A stretch of DNA of 64,000 nucleotides from Candidatus Aenigmatarchaeota archaeon (GCA_042584825.1 JBHOSK010000001.1:1777-65776), one strand, 5' to 3'; counted from the first letter of the stretch, positions 30,554 to 41,622 are shown. The notes: generated by a model from the letters alone, not told the origin. Numbers and translations: made by a program.

Positions 30554-31726
30554 ATGAAAAAAACAATTTATTTGGATAATGCTGCAACAACCCCAGTAAG
30601 AAAGGAAGTAAAAAAAGAGATGGATAAATATTTTTCAAAAGAATTTGGAAACCCGGGCAGTTTCAATACATTGGGACTTAATGCAAGCCAATCACTGTCT
30701 AAAGCAAGGAAAAAAATAGCAAAAATAATTAACGCAGAACCATCTGAAATAATTTTTACAGGAAGCGGTACAGAAAGCATAAATCTAGCAATAAAAGGCA
30801 TTTGTAGAAAAAAAGGCAAGCACATAATTACATCTTCAGTAGAGCATCATGCGGTTTTACATACATGTAAAGCACTTGAAAAAGAAGGGTTTGATGTTAC
30901 ATATCTGGATGTAGATAAATATGGTTTAGTTGACCCAAAAGAAATAGAAAAGAATATTAGAAAAGACACGATTCTCGTTTCAATAATTTATGCAAATAAT
31001 GAAATTGGTACAATCCAACCCATTCATGAAATCTCAAAAATAACAAAAAAACACGGTATATTATTCCATACCGACGCATGTCAGGCAGCATCACTCAACG
31101 TAGACGTCAAAAAACTTGGTGTTGATTTACTCTCATTTAACGGTAGCAAAATATATGCACCAAAAGGAGTGGGAATGCTTTTTGTGAAAAAAAGAACACA
31201 AATAAAACCAATAATACACGGAGGCTCGCAAGAATTTGGATTACGAGCTGGAACAGAAAACGTACCATACATCGTTGGATTTGCAAAGGCATTGGAACTT
31301 GCTCAAAAAGAAAAATACAAAGAAAACAGAAGATTAGAAAAGCTAAGAAATAAATTAATAAAAGGTATTCTAAAAACAATTCCAAAAACATTTCTAAACG
31401 GACATCCCGTAAAAAGATTGCCCAATAGTGCAAACATAACGTTCTTAGATATTGAAGGCGAAGCACTGATACTATATTTAAATGAACATGGCATACAGGT
31501 TTCAACTGGATCTGCGTGTACATCACACAAACTCGCTCCCTCACACGTTATACTAGCAACCGGACTACCATACGAAGCAGCACACGGTAGTGTTCGTTTT
31601 TCTCTTGGAAAAGATACCACAGAAAAAGACGTTGATTATGTTTTAAAAGTATTACCAGGACTAGTTAAAAAAATAAGAAAAATATCTCCCGTACATTTAG
31701 AAGAAAAGGAGGTTTTGAAAAGATGA
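30554..31726 (+). CDS. iscS: Cysteine desulfurase, IscS type
   Basis: YLDNAATTP, NNEIGT, STGSACT. Confidence 0.95.
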   Translation: MKKTIYLDNAATTPVRKEVKKEMDKYFSKEFGNPGSFNTLGLNASQSLSKARKKIAKIINAEPSEIIFTGSGTESINLAIKGICRKKGKHIITSSVEHHAVLHTCKALEKEGFDVTYLDVDKYGLVDPKEIEKNIRKDTILVSIIYANNEIGTIQPIHEISKITKKHGILFHTDACQAASLNVDVKKLGVDLLSFNGSKIYAPKGVGMLFVKKRTQIKPIIHGGSQEFGLRAGTENVPYIVGFAKALELAQKEKYKENRRLEKLRNKLIKGILKTIPKTFLNGHPVKRLPNSANITFLDIEGEALILYLNEHGIQVSTGSACTSHKLAPSHVILATGLPYEAAHGSVRFSLGKDTTEKDVDYVLKVLPGLVKKIRKISPVHLEEKEVLKR

Positions 31727-32376
31727 AAACACACAAGGACGTTAATGCAAAGACAAAAGGAAAGAAAACCGAGAAATGGTTTTATACAGACACCGTAAAA
31801 GACCATTTTTTTAGACCAAGGAACCTCCTTCGAACAACAGAAGCTGAAAATTATAAAGCAGATGGTGTAGGCGAAGTGGGAAGCCCAGCCTGCGGCGACG
31901 TAATGAAAATTTGGATAAAGGTTAAAGACGATAAAATAACCGAATGTAAATGGCAAACATTCGGATGTGGTTCAGCAATTGCAAGCACATCAATTTTATC
32001 AGAAATGGTTATTGGTATGAAACTCGATGATGCATTAAAAATAAAACCACACGATATTGTAAAAAAATTGAACGGATTACCACCAAGAAAAATACACTGT
32101 TCTGTTTTGGGTGACAAAGCACTTAGAGAAGCAGTAAATAATTATTTCAGAAAAACAGACCAAGAAGATCGAATTGTGGTCGAAGGCGCTAAGATAATTG
32201 ATAAAATTCTTAAAATAACAGATAAAGACATAGAAGAAGCTGTTTTAGAAGGAGCCTCTAACTTTGAAGAAGTTCAGAAAAAAACAAAAGTAGGTATAAA
32301 AGATAAAAACTGTATACCTCAAGTTAAAGAGCTTATAAAATTTTATAAGGAAAAATATTTTGGGGATGACAAATGA
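31723..32376 (+). CDS. iscU: IscU/NifU scaffold with degenerate C-terminal BFD-like domain
   Basis: PACGD, FGCGSAIAS, KIHCS. Confidence 0.9.
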   Translation: MKTHKDVNAKTKGKKTEKWFYTDTVKDHFFRPRNLLRTTEAENYKADGVGEVGSPACGDVMKIWIKVKDDKITECKWQTFGCGSAIASTSILSEMVIGMKLDDALKIKPHDIVKKLNGLPPRKIHCSVLGDKALREAVNNYFRKTDQEDRIVVEGAKIIDKILKITDKDIEEAVLEGASNFEEVQKKTKVGIKDKNCIPQVKELIKFYKEKYFGDDK

Positions 32377-33590
32377 ATATAGAAAAAATAAGAGAGGACT
32401 TTCCTATATTGAAAAGGAAAATAAAAGGCAAACCACTCATCTATTTTGATAATGCAGCAACAACCCAGAGACCATCACAGGTTATAGAAGCTATAAAAAA
32501 TCATTACGAACAAACAAACGCAAACATACACCGCGGTGTTCACACCCTCAGTGAGGAAGCTACAGCATTATACGAAAAATCAAGAAAAACTGTAAAAGAT
32601 TTTATAAATGCAAAATCAGAAAAAGAGATCGTATTTACTAAAGGAACTACAGAAGCAATCAACCTCGTAGCCACAAGCCTTGGATTGAAAAAAGGAGACG
32701 AAGTTGTGACAACCACCATGGAACACCATTCTAACATGGTACCTTGGCAACTGCTAAAAGAGAAGATAGGAATAGACCTAAAGTTTATTGATTTTAAAGA
32801 TGATGGTACTTTTGATCTTAATGAATTTGATAAGAAAATAACAAACAATACAAAAATTGTTTCTGTAGTACACGCATCAAATGTTCTAGGTACAATAAAT
32901 AATGTAAAAGAAATAGGAAAAATAGCACACGATAAAAACGCTTTATTTATGATTGATGGTGCACAAAGTGCACCACACATAGATATTGATGTTAAGAAAA
33001 TAGGATGTGATTTCTTTGCACTTTCTGCTCACAAAATGCTAGGACCAACAGGAATCGGAGCACTTTATGCTAAAAAAGACATATTAGAAAAAATGTCACC
33101 TTATCAGGGAGGAGGAGAGATGATAAATGAAGTTTTTCTTGACAAAGTCATATGGAATGAAATACCGTGGAAATTTGAAGCAGGTACGCCAAATATAGCA
33201 GGTGCCGTTGGTTTTGGAGCAGCAATTAATTACTTGACTAAACTAGGAATGAATAATGTAAGAAAACATGAGATTTCTTTAACTAAATATGCTATTGATA
33301 AAATGTCTGAGACAACAGGAATAACATTATTTGGTCCAACCGATATCGAACAAAAAACATCTGTTATTTCGTTCAATCTTGGAGATATTCATTCACACGA
33401 TGTTGCAACGATTCTAGATGGTGAAGGTATTGCCATACGTTCAGGTTATCATTGTGCACAACCATTGGTGGAGCACTACAAACAAAAATCAATGTCACGT
33501 GCAAGTTTATATATCTATAATACAAAAGAGGAAATCGATGCCTTTATCGCAGCAATCAATAAGGCAAAAAAGATTTTCAATATAAGTTGA
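32373..33590 (+). CDS. sufS: Cysteine desulfurase, SufS type
   Basis: SAHKMLGPTG, RSGYHCAQP. Confidence 0.95.
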   Translation: MNIEKIREDFPILKRKIKGKPLIYFDNAATTQRPSQVIEAIKNHYEQTNANIHRGVHTLSEEATALYEKSRKTVKDFINAKSEKEIVFTKGTTEAINLVATSLGLKKGDEVVTTTMEHHSNMVPWQLLKEKIGIDLKFIDFKDDGTFDLNEFDKKITNNTKIVSVVHASNVLGTINNVKEIGKIAHDKNALFMIDGAQSAPHIDIDVKKIGCDFFALSAHKMLGPTGIGALYAKKDILEKMSPYQGGGEMINEVFLDKVIWNEIPWKFEAGTPNIAGAVGFGAAINYLTKLGMNNVRKHEISLTKYAIDKMSETTGITLFGPTDIEQKTSVISFNLGDIHSHDVATILDGEGIAIRSGYHCAQPLVEHYKQKSMSRASLYIYNTKEEIDAFIAAINKAKKIFNIS

Positions 33591-33594
33591 TAAA

Positions 33595-33969
33595 ATGGTA
33601 AAATACGAAGAATTAATTATTGATTATTATAGAAATCCAAGAAACAAAGGAATTATAGAAAACCCCGACATAAAGGAACACATTTCAAACCCTGTTTGTG
33701 GAGATTCTATAACAATATACATGAGAATAAAATCAGACATAATAGAAGAAATAAAATTCATGGGAAACGGTTGTGCTATTTCTATGGCAGCTATATCAAT
33801 GTTTTGTGAAAAGGCTGAAGGATTATTTTTAAAAGACGTAGAAAAAATGACAGAAGAGGATATTAAAAAAATGTTAAATATCGACCTATCACCATCTAGG
33901 GAAAAATGTGCTACACTAGGATTTCATATAGTACAAAAAGGCATTTTTGAGTATAATAAAAAGCCTTAA
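33595..33969 (+). CDS. SufU/IscU-like scaffold
   Basis: NPVCGD, GCAISMA, REKCA. Confidence 0.9.
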   Translation: MVKYEELIIDYYRNPRNKGIIENPDIKEHISNPVCGDSITIYMRIKSDIIEEIKFMGNGCAISMAAISMFCEKAEGLFLKDVEKMTEEDIKKMLNIDLSPSREKCATLGFHIVQKGIFEYNKKP

Positions 33970-33995
33970 TAGATTAATGTCGTAATGTTTTATTG

Positions 33996-34277
33996 ATGAT
34001 TGGTATTTCTTCGAGAAAGATAAAACACGGGAAACTTGTGAAAGTTGTTTTAGATTTCAATGATGCAATTAATGAAGTAGAGATTAGTGGAGATTTCTTC
34101 ATATATCCAGAAACGTCACTTTCAATTATAGAATCATCTTTGAGAGGCCTTGACGTAAGAGAACCAAATTCATGCGTAAAAAGGAAAATAGACGACATAA
34201 TACGAAAAAATAAAATGGAAGTTATAGGGTTTTCTTCATCAGATTTAGCCGAGATTATAAAGGAGGCTATGTTATGA
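33996..34277 (+). CDS. Lipoate-protein ligase accessory subunit (LplB-like)
   Basis: GKLV...ISGDFFIYPE, adjacent to lplA. Confidence 0.85.
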   Translation: MIGISSRKIKHGKLVKVVLDFNDAINEVEISGDFFIYPETSLSIIESSLRGLDVREPNSCVKRKIDDIIRKNKMEVIGFSSSDLAEIIKEAML

Positions 34278-35017
34278 ATTGGAGACTTATTGGCCCTGAA
34301 AAGCACGATGCCTTTATGAACCTAGCCCTAGAAGAAGCCTGTATTTCTTCAGTGAAATCAGGAAAAGTATTACCGACAATAAGATTTTATGAATGGAAAA
34401 ATAGTTCTGTTGTTGTTGGTTATTTTCAGAAAATTTTAGACGAACTAGATATCTCTGCCTGTGAAAAAAATAAAATTGACGTAACTCGTCGTATAACCGG
34501 CGGCGGCGCAATGTATCTCGACACTGTTGGAGAAGTAACTTTTTCTGTAATTGCTCCAGCAAGTATGTTACCAGGAATAAATGAATCATATAGAGAAGTT
34601 TGTGGATGGCTTGTTAATGGATTGAAAAATATAGGACTATCTGCAGAATTTAGACCAATTAATGATGTTATCATAAACGAGAAGAAGATATCAGGTAGTG
34701 CAATGACTCGTAGAGGTAACGTAGTAATGCTTCATGGTACACTATTACACAAAGTTGATCCAGACAGAATGTTCAAATTTTTAACACCCTCAGGTAAGAA
34801 GTTATCAGACAAACAAATAAAGAACATTAAAGAGTATGTCACAGCAGTCTCTCATCACAGCGAAATATCAAAAAAAGAACTAGTTGATGAAATAATATAC
34901 GCATTTATACGTGGAAAGAACATCGAGGAATCTGACTGGACACGAACAGAATTAAAAACAGCAACAGCCCTCGTAGATAATAAATACAAAACAAAAGAAT
35001 GGGTATTTAGGAGATAA
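34274..35017 (+). CDS. lplA: Lipoate-protein ligase A catalytic subunit
   Basis: RRITGGGAMY, ND...KKISGSA, HGT. Confidence 0.93.
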   Translation: MNWRLIGPEKHDAFMNLALEEACISSVKSGKVLPTIRFYEWKNSSVVVGYFQKILDELDISACEKNKIDVTRRITGGGAMYLDTVGEVTFSVIAPASMLPGINESYREVCGWLVNGLKNIGLSAEFRPINDVIINEKKISGSAMTRRGNVVMLHGTLLHKVDPDRMFKFLTPSGKKLSDKQIKNIKEYVTAVSHHSEISKKELVDEIIYAFIRGKNIEESDWTRTELKTATALVDNKYKTKEWVFRR

Positions 35018-35018
35018 T

Positions 35019-35759
35019 ATGAAAAACAATGTAAGAGTTGCAGCAGCTCAGATAAAACTCACACACAGTATTAATAAAAATATAGATAAAATATCAAAAT
35101 TTGTTGAAAAAGCAGCAAAAAAGAAGTGTGATATTGTTTGTTTTCCTGAAGAATCGACATTTCAAAAAGAAGATAAAATTAATGATAAAGTTATGATCGA
35201 GATAAATAATGGAATAAACAAAATAAGAGAAAAATGTAGAGAACACAAAATATGGATCATACTCCCCACTTATGAAAAAGTTGGTAAGAAAATATACAAC
35301 ACAGCACTTGTTATTAATAGAAAAGGTACCGTAGTTGGTAAAATAAAGAAAAAGCACCTATGGAGATACGAAAAGAAATCTGTTTCTCCTGGTAGTAGCA
35401 AAGTAATAAAAACAGAATTTGGAAAAATAGCTGTGATAATATGTTGGGATTTTGCATTTCCAACATATATTCAGTCTCTAAGCAAAAAAGGCGCACGTAT
35501 TATATTTTGTCCATCTTTTCTTGTAGCTCATGTTGGTACAGAAAAGTTAATGGAATCTGTTCCTATTGTAAGAGCATTTGAAAACATCGCGTATTATGTT
35601 ACTTGTGACGCAATCACCAGCAGAACAGCATCACGCTCCTTTATAGCTTCACCATACTCTATTCTAAGAAAAATAGAAAAGAAAGAAGGAATGATATATG
35701 CCGATCTTGACCTAAAACGCATCGATAAAATGAGAAAAAGTTTTGATACGTTGTGTTAA
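35019..35759 (+). CDS. Carbon-nitrogen hydrolase (nitrilase family)
   Basis: FPE, KKHL, ICWD catalytic triad. Confidence 0.92.
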   Translation: MKNNVRVAAAQIKLTHSINKNIDKISKFVEKAAKKKCDIVCFPEESTFQKEDKINDKVMIEINNGINKIREKCREHKIWIILPTYEKVGKKIYNTALVINRKGTVVGKIKKKHLWRYEKKSVSPGSSKVIKTEFGKIAVIICWDFAFPTYIQSLSKKGARIIFCPSFLVAHVGTEKLMESVPIVRAFENIAYYVTCDAITSRTASRSFIASPYSILRKIEKKEGMIYADLDLKRIDKMRKSFDTLC

Positions 35760-36589
35760 TCAATAATCATTCCATCATAAGACGCAAACATATTTTCAGG
35801 AAGCATCTTCTGAAATTCATCATGAGTTTTCCATAAAATATTTGAAATACTGTGAAACACAACCTTTTTCGGGTTAATTTCTTCTATTACTTTAAAAATA
35901 TCATCATCATGCAAATGATCTGGATCTGCAAACATTCTACCATCACAACGTTTAAGATAAGGGTGTTCTTTTGGCATCTCCTTCTCAAAAAGAAACGTTC
36001 CATCCGTTATCAAAACATCAATATTTTTTAGAAACTTCTTTGAGATTTCAGGTATCTTATAAAAATCAGCCATATAAGCAATCTTTTTATCAAACACAAA
36101 CCCAAACGTATTTTCCAATTCTTCTTCCTTTAGATCTTTATCAAATCTACTCATGTGATAAATAGGAAAAGGTATTATTTCCACACCATTTATCTTAACT
36201 TCCTTTAGTGGTTTTAATACATTAATTTCTTTTTTAATATGTGCAAAATTCTTTTCTAACCAATCATTTGTTTTTTGTGAGCAATGTATTGTAATCGGAT
36301 TTCTATATGCCCAAGAATCAAGCTCAAGTAAACCATACATATGATCAAAATGCCAATGACTAACTAAAAAATCATTTATTTTTGGCAGATTAAATTTTTG
36401 TGAAATCAATCTTATGTCAGGCGGTATTTCAACCAAGAAAGATTTATTTTTATTTTCAATCTCAAAACATGGTCTGAAGCGGAACTCTTTTTTATCCGGG
36501 TTCTCCCAAGCCATCTTACTGATTTTATCTTTTGCAAACGGTCCTGGGGTTCCTTCCCAACCACCTGAACCCAATACTCTAATTTTCAT
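35756..36589 (-). CDS. Metallo-beta-lactamase fold hydrolase (PhnP-like)
   Basis: SHWHFDH motif. Confidence 0.88.
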   Translation of the reverse strand: MKIRVLGSGGWEGTPGPFAKDKISKMAWENPDKKEFRFRPCFEIENKNKSFLVEIPPDIRLISQKFNLPKINDFLVSHWHFDHMYGLLELDSWAYRNPITIHCSQKTNDWLEKNFAHIKKEINVLKPLKEVKINGVEIIPFPIYHMSRFDKDLKEEELENTFGFVFDKKIAYMADFYKIPEISKKFLKNIDVLITDGTFLFEKEMPKEHPYLKRCDGRMFADPDHLHDDDIFKVIEEINPKKVVFHSISNILWKTHDEFQKMLPENMFASYDGMIID

Positions 36590-36613
36590 ATAAATAGAAT
36601 AGCAGCAACGCTT

Positions 36614-37906
36614 TTATTTACTTTCTATCAATAACTCTCCAGGATCTTCTAAATATTCTTTTAACTTATTCGCAAAGCGGGCTGCTTCTCCACCATCTGT
36701 TACCCTGTGATCAAATGTTAATGAAATAGGCATTATAGATCTTATCTGGATTTTACCATCAATAACAACAGGTTTTTCTCTTATGGATCCAGTCCCCAAT
36801 ATTGCAACTTCAGGATAATTTATTATCGGTGTGGCGTATGTACCTCCAAACGAACCAACATTGGTTATTGTAAATGTACCACCTTTCAAATCACCCAAAT
36901 CCAGTTTTCTTTCTCGTGCCTTTTCTGATAATTCACCCAATTCTTTTGCAATATCTAAAATTGTTTTTTCATTAGCTACTTTTATTACAGGAACTATCAA
37001 CCCATCTGGTGTGTCAACAGCAACACCGATATTGTAGTATTCTTTTAGTATAACCTCTTCGTGTTCTTCATCTATTGAGGCATTTAGATAAGGATGTTCT
37101 TTTAACGAAGCAATAAGGGCCTTTACAATAAAAGGTAAGAATGTTAAATGAATTCCATTTTTCTTTGCCTTTTTCTTTTCTCTAGCACGTAACGCTACGA
37201 GATCAGTAACATCAACATCATCCATATGGCTTACATGAACAGTAGTTAAATGAGCTTTTGTTAAATTCTTTGCCACGGCCTTTCTAATTCCCTTTAATGG
37301 TATGCGTTTTATGTGGCCATAAAAATCATATTTTCTTGAAACAGTTACAGCTGGATGTGGTTCTACTTTTGTCATGCCTGTTTTTTCACCAGCAAACTTA
37401 CGTACATCTTCTTGAGTTATTCGATCATTCTTACCAGTACCTTTTATTTTGTTTATATCAACACTAAGATCCCTTGCAAGTCTGCGCGTAGCAGGTGTTG
37501 CAATGACGTGATCTGATTTTGTAGATTGAGGTTCAACAACACGAGGTTTCGAAGAAGTGTCTACATCTTTTGCTTCTTCTAGTTCGCCAACAACCGATGC
37601 AGTTTTAGGTGACGCAATCTTTTTTTCCTTTACGGGTTTTTCTGCTTCCTCATGAACGTCATCATTCTTATCCCCAATAGTAACCAAAACTTCACCAACT
37701 TTTACAGTATCACCCGCTTTATGGTATATTTTTAGAATTGTACCGGCTCTTGGTGATGGTATATCTACCACAGCCTTATCGGTTTCCATTTTTAACATTG
37801 CTTGGTCTTGATCAATATAATCTCCTTCTTTCACTAACCATTCTACAACCTCACCTTCAGTTATACCTTCACCAACATCAGGGAATTTAAAATCAGTTTT
37901 TGTCAT
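36614..37906 (-). CDS. pdhC: 2-oxoacid dehydrogenase E2 dihydrolipoyl acyltransferase
   Basis: ETDKA lipoyl site, ATPATRRLA, DHRVTDG. Confidence 0.95.
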   Translation of the reverse strand: MTKTDFKFPDVGEGITEGEVVEWLVKEGDYIDQDQAMLKMETDKAVVDIPSPRAGTILKIYHKAGDTVKVGEVLVTIGDKNDDVHEEAEKPVKEKKIASPKTASVVGELEEAKDVDTSSKPRVVEPQSTKSDHVIATPATRRLARDLSVDINKIKGTGKNDRITQEDVRKFAGEKTGMTKVEPHPAVTVSRKYDFYGHIKRIPLKGIRKAVAKNLTKAHLTTVHVSHMDDVDVTDLVALRAREKKKAKKNGIHLTFLPFIVKALIASLKEHPYLNASIDEEHEEVILKEYYNIGVAVDTPDGLIVPVIKVANEKTILDIAKELGELSEKARERKLDLGDLKGGTFTITNVGSFGGTYATPIINYPEVAILGTGSIREKPVVIDGKIQIRSIMPISLTFDHRVTDGGEAARFANKLKEYLEDPGELLIESK

Positions 37907-37930
37907 ACTAAACACTTCAATTTTAATTAA

Positions 37931-38908
37931 TTAAAACTTAGCTGTACCCAAAATACCGTGCAATATTCTTTTTGGATTAGGCAAATAATGGCCTTCTAGT
38001 TTGGATAATGGGAATGGTGTATCAAATCCCGTTACTCTCTTAACAGGAGCTTCCAAACTTAACAAAGCTCTTTCATTTATCATTGCAATTATTTCTGCAC
38101 CAATACCACACGTTTTAGGGGCTTCATGAACAATAACACATCGCCCAGTTTTCTTAACAGATTTTGCAATAGTATCAAAATCAAGTGGAGATATTGTTTG
38201 CAAATCAATTATTTCACACGACACCTTTTGTTTCTCAGCTTCTTCAACAGCCTCTTTAGTATATTTCATCATTGCACCATATGAAATAACGCTAACATCT
38301 TTACCTTCTTTTTCTACATTTGCTTTACCTAACGGCAACGCGAATGATTCTTCAGGAACATCTTCTTTTATTGCACGATAAACTCTTTTTGGTTCAAGAA
38401 AAACAACAGGATCAGGATCTTTTATTGACGAAATTAATAGACCCTTTGCATTATAGGGCCTTGAAGGTATTACAACCTTTATTCCAGGTACAGCAGCGTA
38501 AACAGTTTCCATGCTTTCTGAATGATGTTCTGGTGCATGTATTCCACCAGAATAAGGTGTTCGAACAACCAAAGGAACAGTATACCTTCCACGTGATCTG
38601 TTTCGTAATCTTCCAGCATGCGAAACCAATTGATCAAACGCTGGTGGTAAAAATCCTGAAAATTGTATCTCTGCTACAGGCTTGAGGCCATAAACAGCCA
38701 TGCCAATTGCGCATCCAACTATGCCTAGTTCCGCTAGGGGTGTATCCATGACGCGCTCTTTACCAAATTTCTTAAATAAACCATCAGTGACACGAAAAAC
38801 ACCACCATCTATTCCAACATCTTCCCCAAGCAAAATCACATCCTTATCATTTTCCATTGCATTGGATAGTGCACTATTGATCGCTTGAACCATGTTCATT
38901 ATTGTCAT
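37931..38908 (-). CDS. pdhB: Pyruvate/2-oxoacid dehydrogenase E1 beta
   Basis: GEDVG..GGVFR, DTPLAE, EHHS. Confidence 0.95.
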   Translation of the reverse strand: MTIMNMVQAINSALSNAMENDKDVILLGEDVGIDGGVFRVTDGLFKKFGKERVMDTPLAELGIVGCAIGMAVYGLKPVAEIQFSGFLPPAFDQLVSHAGRLRNRSRGRYTVPLVVRTPYSGGIHAPEHHSESMETVYAAVPGIKVVIPSRPYNAKGLLISSIKDPDPVVFLEPKRVYRAIKEDVPEESFALPLGKANVEKEGKDVSVISYGAMMKYTKEAVEEAEKQKVSCEIIDLQTISPLDFDTIAKSVKKTGRCVIVHEAPKTCGIGAEIIAMINERALLSLEAPVKRVTGFDTPFPLSKLEGHYLPNPKRILHGILGTAKF

Positions 38909-39977
38909 TTTTTTCAACCTCTTTTAGTTCTTCTAGTTGTTCTTTCAACTGTGGTGTCATTTCTTTGTACGTATACGAGAAAATATCTTCTATAGCCGGA
39001 GGCGTCAGTGATTCGTATTTTTGTACAATACTCTCAATCATTTTTTTAGCTTCTTCCCTCAGGGTTGCCTCATCTTTTTTATTCCAAATCTTTTTTGTTA
39101 CCATATATCTTCTTAGTCTTTCAATAGGATCTTTCTTTTTCCATTCATCTACTTCCTTTTGTGAACGATAGCGAGCAGAATCATCAGACGTTGTATGATG
39201 ACCCACCCTATAAGTAAAGCATTCCAATAATGTTGCACCCTTTCCTTCTTTCGCACGTTTTAATGCTTCTTGGGTTGCAGCATAAACAGCAAAAACATCA
39301 TTTCCATCAACACGAATTCCATTAATACCATAAGCCAGTGCCTTTTGTGCTATTGTTTTGGCGGCTGTTTGATTTTTAACAGGAATAGATATTGCATATT
39401 GATTATTACTACAAACAAATATAACAGGCGCTTTGAAAACACCAGAAAAATTTAATCCTTCGTGAAAATCACCTTTTGAAGTAGCACCATCACCAAAATA
39501 AACCATTGTTGCCGATTTCTTTTTCTTTATTTTCATTGCCCACGCCGTACCAACTGCATGTGTTATTTGGGTACCAACAGGAATTGCTGCAGTAAAAACA
39601 TTCATGTTTTCTGGTACCTGCTCTCCCTTTTCATCACCACCCCAAAACTGATATAACATATGCATAGGATAATTTCTTGCTATGTATGCACCGTGTTCCC
39701 TGAAAGAAGGAAATAGCCAATCATCTTTTGCTAACGCAAAAGCAGTACCAACATGACTAGCTTCTTCACCAAGACTAGATGCCCAAGTTCCCATTCTACC
39801 CTGTTTTTGCAAATTCAAGGCCTTATCATCAAATAACCTTGTTGTAACCATGTATTCGTACATCTTTCTTATCTGTTCATTATCCAACTTGGGCATTAAT
39901 TTACTATCACATTTTCCATTTTCATCTAGTATTTGTAGAAAGTCTACAGAAAATGACCCGATCTTCTTTTGAGGCAT
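38874..39977 (-). CDS. pdhA: Pyruvate/2-oxoacid dehydrogenase E1 alpha
   Basis: GDGATSKGDFHE...NN TPP motif, HTTSDD. Confidence 0.95.
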   Translation of the reverse strand: MPQKKIGSFSVDFLQILDENGKCDSKLMPKLDNEQIRKMYEYMVTTRLFDDKALNLQKQGRMGTWASSLGEEASHVGTAFALAKDDWLFPSFREHGAYIARNYPMHMLYQFWGGDEKGEQVPENMNVFTAAIPVGTQITHAVGTAWAMKIKKKKSATMVYFGDGATSKGDFHEGLNFSGVFKAPVIFVCSNNQYAISIPVKNQTAAKTIAQKALAYGINGIRVDGNDVFAVYAATQEALKRAKEGKGATLLECFTYRVGHHTTSDDSARYRSQKEVDEWKKKDPIERLRRYMVTKKIWNKKDEATLREEAKKMIESIVQKYESLTPPAIEDIFSYTYKEMTPQLKEQLEELKEVEKNDNNEHGSSDQ

Positions 39978-40084
39978 GAATAATATTATACGAGAGCCAG
40001 TAAATAAAACTTTTGTTATCCCAATTACCGAAACATTACCCAGAATCAAGAACATTTAAAAACTTTTGCTAGTCATGAAATGGC

Positions 40085-40987
40085 ATGAAAGCAAGAATAT
40101 TGGCAGAACCAGGAGAGTTTCATAAAATAACACAAGATTTTCACTATGCAGGGCTTCGTAATGGTACACTAACGGCAGCAGCAGGGGATTGGGCAGTTAA
40201 TCTAACGGGTCATCTTTACAGAGACGACGAAACAGCATTTATGTTAGATATGCCACAAGAAACAGAATACAACGGAGGCGTAATTGGAGCAACCACCGTA
40301 TGCAATCAAATAATAAGAAATATTGCTAGAGATCCTCCTCTTACAGGGATACCACTTGTTGAAGATCTTAACAGAGCATTAGCTAACAAATACGCAAGAC
40401 TTGGTATAAATGGTTACGAAGATCGCAGAAGAAGAACGTTCCTTGGATATATTGCACACATTCTTGTAAACCCAGATATAATGAATATAACAGCTGTTGG
40501 TGATGTTTGTGTTGCTGCTGACGGGCAAAAAATTGCAGGAAGAACAAAACGAGTAGATATTGTCCATCCAAGATTAAGGGCTATGTACGTAAAACGAACA
40601 GAAGATGTCGATGGTGGGTTTGATCATGTAAGACCATGGATAGATGCACAAACCAGATTTCAAAATACACCAGGCAGTAAAAATTCATTTCCTGCTGTTG
40701 ATGGAACAAAAACACAACCAGAAAGTGAAATTGAATTAATCCAAGCAAAAACACCCGGCCGTTTGCTTATATGGACAGATACATATGTTGATCCAACTGA
40801 TTTTACTATAGAAGGCCTTGAAAGAATGCTTGAACATGTTTATGATGTTGATCCACACAGATTTAAGAGATATCCAGCAGTTGGCTATAATGTTGGTGAC
40901 AGAACCGCTATTGAAATAGATATAGATGGTGACTGGGATAAACTAACTATTGAGAGCGTTGAACCAATATTCTTTAGAGAAAAGTAA
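40085..40987 (+). CDS. Hypothetical protein, PP2C-like fold suspected
   Basis: QD, VGD, WTD, GDRTAI acidic motifs in PP2C-like order. Confidence 0.6.
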   Translation: MKARILAEPGEFHKITQDFHYAGLRNGTLTAAAGDWAVNLTGHLYRDDETAFMLDMPQETEYNGGVIGATTVCNQIIRNIARDPPLTGIPLVEDLNRALANKYARLGINGYEDRRRRTFLGYIAHILVNPDIMNITAVGDVCVAADGQKIAGRTKRVDIVHPRLRAMYVKRTEDVDGGFDHVRPWIDAQTRFQNTPGSKNSFPAVDGTKTQPESEIELIQAKTPGRLLIWTDTYVDPTDFTIEGLERMLEHVYDVDPHRFKRYPAVGYNVGDRTAIEIDIDGDWDKLTIESVEPIFFREK

Positions 40988-40988
40988 A

Positions 40989-41279
40989 TTACTTTCCCAA
41001 TGCCCATTCTTTTAGTTTCTCATAATCAGCATATCCGCAGATAAATTTTCCTGTTTTTCGATTTATCAAGAACGGAACACCACCACATTTTCCTGCATCA
41101 AGTTTTTGCCATAATTGTGCATTTTCTGCATTGTGCCATACCTCTACCCTAGTTACTTTTACATTTTCTTCTTGTTCGAGTCTTTGCAAAAACGGTTCTA
41201 TTTTTTTACAGAAATGGCATTCAGTTCCATAAAAATCAACCAAATCACCGAGTTGATCTTCTTTTACAGCTTCAGTCAT
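40989..41279 (-). CDS. Thioredoxin-fold protein
   Basis: DFYGTECHFC, GVPF. Confidence 0.88.
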   Translation of the reverse strand: MTEAVKEDQLGDLVDFYGTECHFCKKIEPFLQRLEQEENVKVTRVEVWHNAENAQLWQKLDAGKCGGVPFLINRKTGKFICGYADYEKLKEWALGK

Positions 41280-41344
41280 TAAATCACCTATCTTATAATA
41301 TTTTTTGAAAAAATATAAATAATTCTTCCATCATAATTAATTAC

Positions 41345-41599
41345 ATGGTAAAAACATATATCATACAATATGATCGTGAAGGATGTATAGGAGCAGCATC
41401 ATGTACACACGCTTCAAAAGAATGGGTTTTAGCAAGCGATAGTAAAGCCGATCTAAAAGACAGTAAAGAAGTTGATGAAGATTTATTTGAACGTGAAATA
41501 ACTGAAGCAGAACTTGCTGAGCATTTAGAAGCAGCAAAATCCTGTCCAACACACGCTATAAAAATAATAGAAAAAGAGACAAAAAAGAAAATATTTTAA
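41345..41599 (+). CDS. Ferredoxin, probably [3Fe-4S]
   Basis: CIGAASC...CPTHAI (second Cys replaced). Confidence 0.85.
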   Translation: MVKTYIIQYDREGCIGAASCTHASKEWVLASDSKADLKDSKEVDEDLFEREITEAELAEHLEAAKSCPTHAIKIIEKETKKKIF

Positions 41600-41622
41600 A
41601 CTTTTATCCAAATCTTTATGTT

